Assembly: GCF_009914755.1 (NCBI RefSeq)
Contig: NC_060937.1
Reading direction: 5' to 3' (one strand)
Source of the DNA: the human T2T-CHM13v2.0 reference genome, Homo sapiens
Length of the DNA: 64,000 nucleotides
The notes under the pieces were generated by a model. It had not been told where the DNA came from, ran no database searches, and was given only the letters and a program-made list of their open reading frames with translations. The translations under genes were made by a program, and so were the position numbers. This document shows, piece by piece, positions 63,901-64,000 of this stretch (positions are counted from its first letter, which is position 1; each line of letters starts with the position of its first letter).

Positions 63901-64000
63901 ATACTGTACATAAAATATCAAAGTACCCAAGGTATATATTCTATACTGTACAAAAAATATCAAAGTACCCAAAGCATGTATTATATACTGTACATAAAAT
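54900..64000 (+). repeat. Second mixed 373/378-bp 'D-type' HOR domain
   Basis: caccagat returns at about 55108, the m1 aaataacaaag variant at about 55137 and the 5-bp-deleted m2 at about 55200. ORF starts 55556/55929/56302 are 373 bp apart. Confidence 0.85.
60000..62210 (+). repeat. Tandem duplication of a 3-HOR block, 1128 bp
   Basis: ORF pairs 60374/61502 and 60457/61585, and CCATGG at 60924 and 62052, are all 1128 apart. Shared variants are aatgtgaaat, a 1-bp deletion (acccaagcatg), ccagacat, aagcacatc and ccaaacat. Confidence 0.9.

Larger units (their letters stand above)
1..64000 (+). repeat. Satellite I / HSat1A (SAR)-type tandem array: 42-bp monomer, 378-bp 9-mer higher-order repeat
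   Basis: Seen: monomers start at 1, 43, 85, 127, 169, 211, 253, 295 and 337, and the order restarts at 379. The pattern continues to the window end in one orientation. Monomer 1 has 20 A, 12 T, 8 C and 2 G (76% AT), with GTAC at offsets 1 and 18 giving 17+25 bp parts. Established: these are the defining traits of human Satellite I/HSat1A. No database search was run. Confidence 0.95.

Noticed and set aside
1-64000. CRISPR-like repeat-spacer array (constant tgtacataaaatat plus variable part)
   Set aside because: The variable parts are homologous to each other and recur in fixed 9-mer order. There are no unique spacers, leader or cas genes.
1-64000. Alpha satellite, HSat2/3 or HSat1B identity; CENP-B boxes
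   Set aside because: There is no 171-bp period, no CATTC/GGAAT pentamers, no Alu-containing 2.4-kb unit and no CENP-B box motif seen.
1-64000. Inversion or transposon insertion within the array
   Set aside because: Every part read shows the same strand and monomers, with no foreign sequence, poly(A) tail or target-site duplication. Minus-strand ORFs are short antisense translations.
1-64000. TATA boxes, polyadenylation signals and hairpin terminators
   Set aside because: Such motifs are expected by chance in a repeat that is about 76-80% AT, and there is no associated gene.

Overview
The whole 64 kb is one uninterrupted, single-orientation, very AT-rich tandem satellite. The basic monomer is 42 bp (GTACATAAAATATCAAA + GTACCCAAACTATACATTATATACT, i.e. 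17+25 bp parts), arranged as a 378-bp nine-monomer higher-order repeat (HOR). This matches what is established for human/great-ape Satellite I (HSat1A, 'SAR'), known from the chr3, chr4 and chr13 (peri)centromeres and acrocentric short arms; I cannot assign a chromosome. I see no genes, RNA genes, transposons, CRISPR array, inversion or unique sequence. The long Tyr/Ile/Lys ORFs are a by-product of a 42-bp period with one stop-free frame. I found no evidence of a new protein-coding or defence system. What is worth a second look is the array's internal history: two HOR subfamilies in sharply bounded domains (pure 378-bp at about 1-1.2 kb and 38.9-55 kb; mixed 373/378-bp elsewhere), nested kb-scale duplications (offsets 1128, 1870, 2790, 3736, 3912, 5400 and 5779 bp), variant 8-, 10-, 12- and 13-mer HORs, and probable gene-conversion tracts. 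Coordinates were read by eye, so block edges are approximate to about one HOR unit.
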